A stretch of DNA of 24,813 nucleotides, from positions 1-24,813 of IMG/VR virus record IMGVR_UViG_3300047546_002341. One strand, 5' to 3'. The notes under the pieces are model-generated. The model saw only the letters and a program-made list of their open reading frames with translations. It was not told where the DNA came from and did no database searches. Source of the stretch: a virus. Taxonomy: Duplodnaviria > Caudoviricetes. Position numbers and translations under genes: made by a program. This document shows, piece after piece, positions 24,575-24,813 of the stretch. Position 1 is the stretch's first letter, and the number at the start of each line of letters is the position of its first letter.

Positions 24575-24813
24575 CAGCCAAAACCCCGGCCCCATGCGCG
24601 TCCGCGTGCGCGTCGATGACGGCTTTCACGACTTGACTCAACGACACAGCAAGCGATACCGCAAGCCAACGGACGTCCGCGTGATGCGCTGCCCATTCGG
24701 GGCCCGAAAGCTGACAGATGCCCAGGCCTTCAGCCTCGATCGTGCGCAGGCAGACCGGCAACGGCGCGCGCACGGGTCGCAGCTTGGGCGCCGCAAAGGC
24801 TGTTGGGCCCAGC
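24567..24813 (-). CDS. Partial hypothetical protein running off the window end
   Basis: Frame is open from the window edge to TAA 24567-24569 and overlaps the resolvase start. Confidence 0.45.
   Translation of the reverse strand, partial: LGPTAFAAPKLRPVRAPLPVCLRTIEAEGLGICQLSGPEWAAHHADVRWLAVSLAVSLSQVVKAVIDAHADAHGAGVLADA

Noticed and set aside
1-24813. Alternative genetic code or stop-codon reassignment
   Set aside because: Genes tile densely under the standard code, and TAA, TAG and TGA all end coupled genes.

Overview
A GC-rich tailed-phage (siphovirus-like, Caudoviricetes) genome segment, densely coding, with no rRNA, tRNA, CRISPR array, integrase or transposase visible. The + strand (1-20685) is the virion morphogenesis and lysis arm: probable small terminase, large terminase, portal, a small conserved head-module protein, scaffold, major capsid protein, neck and tail-completion proteins, tail tube, a tail assembly chaperone with a probable -1 frameshift extension, an HK97-gp10-like protein, tape measure, a 1116-aa Asp-box tail protein, a hub-like protein, an FN3-repeat adhesin, a MazG-like protein, a T5-type M15 endolysin and a holin-like protein. 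The - strand (20682-24813) is a convergent early/replication arm with small ORFs, an HTH-like protein, ThyX and a RuvC-like resolvase. The most unusual signals are non-coding: (1) an identical 18-nt hairpin CATCGG-AGAGCC-CCGATG enclosing the RBS and ATG of three separate assembly genes; (2) a compact H-type pseudoknot with an AACAAA loop at the predicted 5' end of the capsid mRNA; (3) two duplicated promoter/RBS cassettes driving small early genes; (4) apparent selective avoidance of several 6-mers. All product calls come from motif recognition and synteny by eye; no database searches were run.
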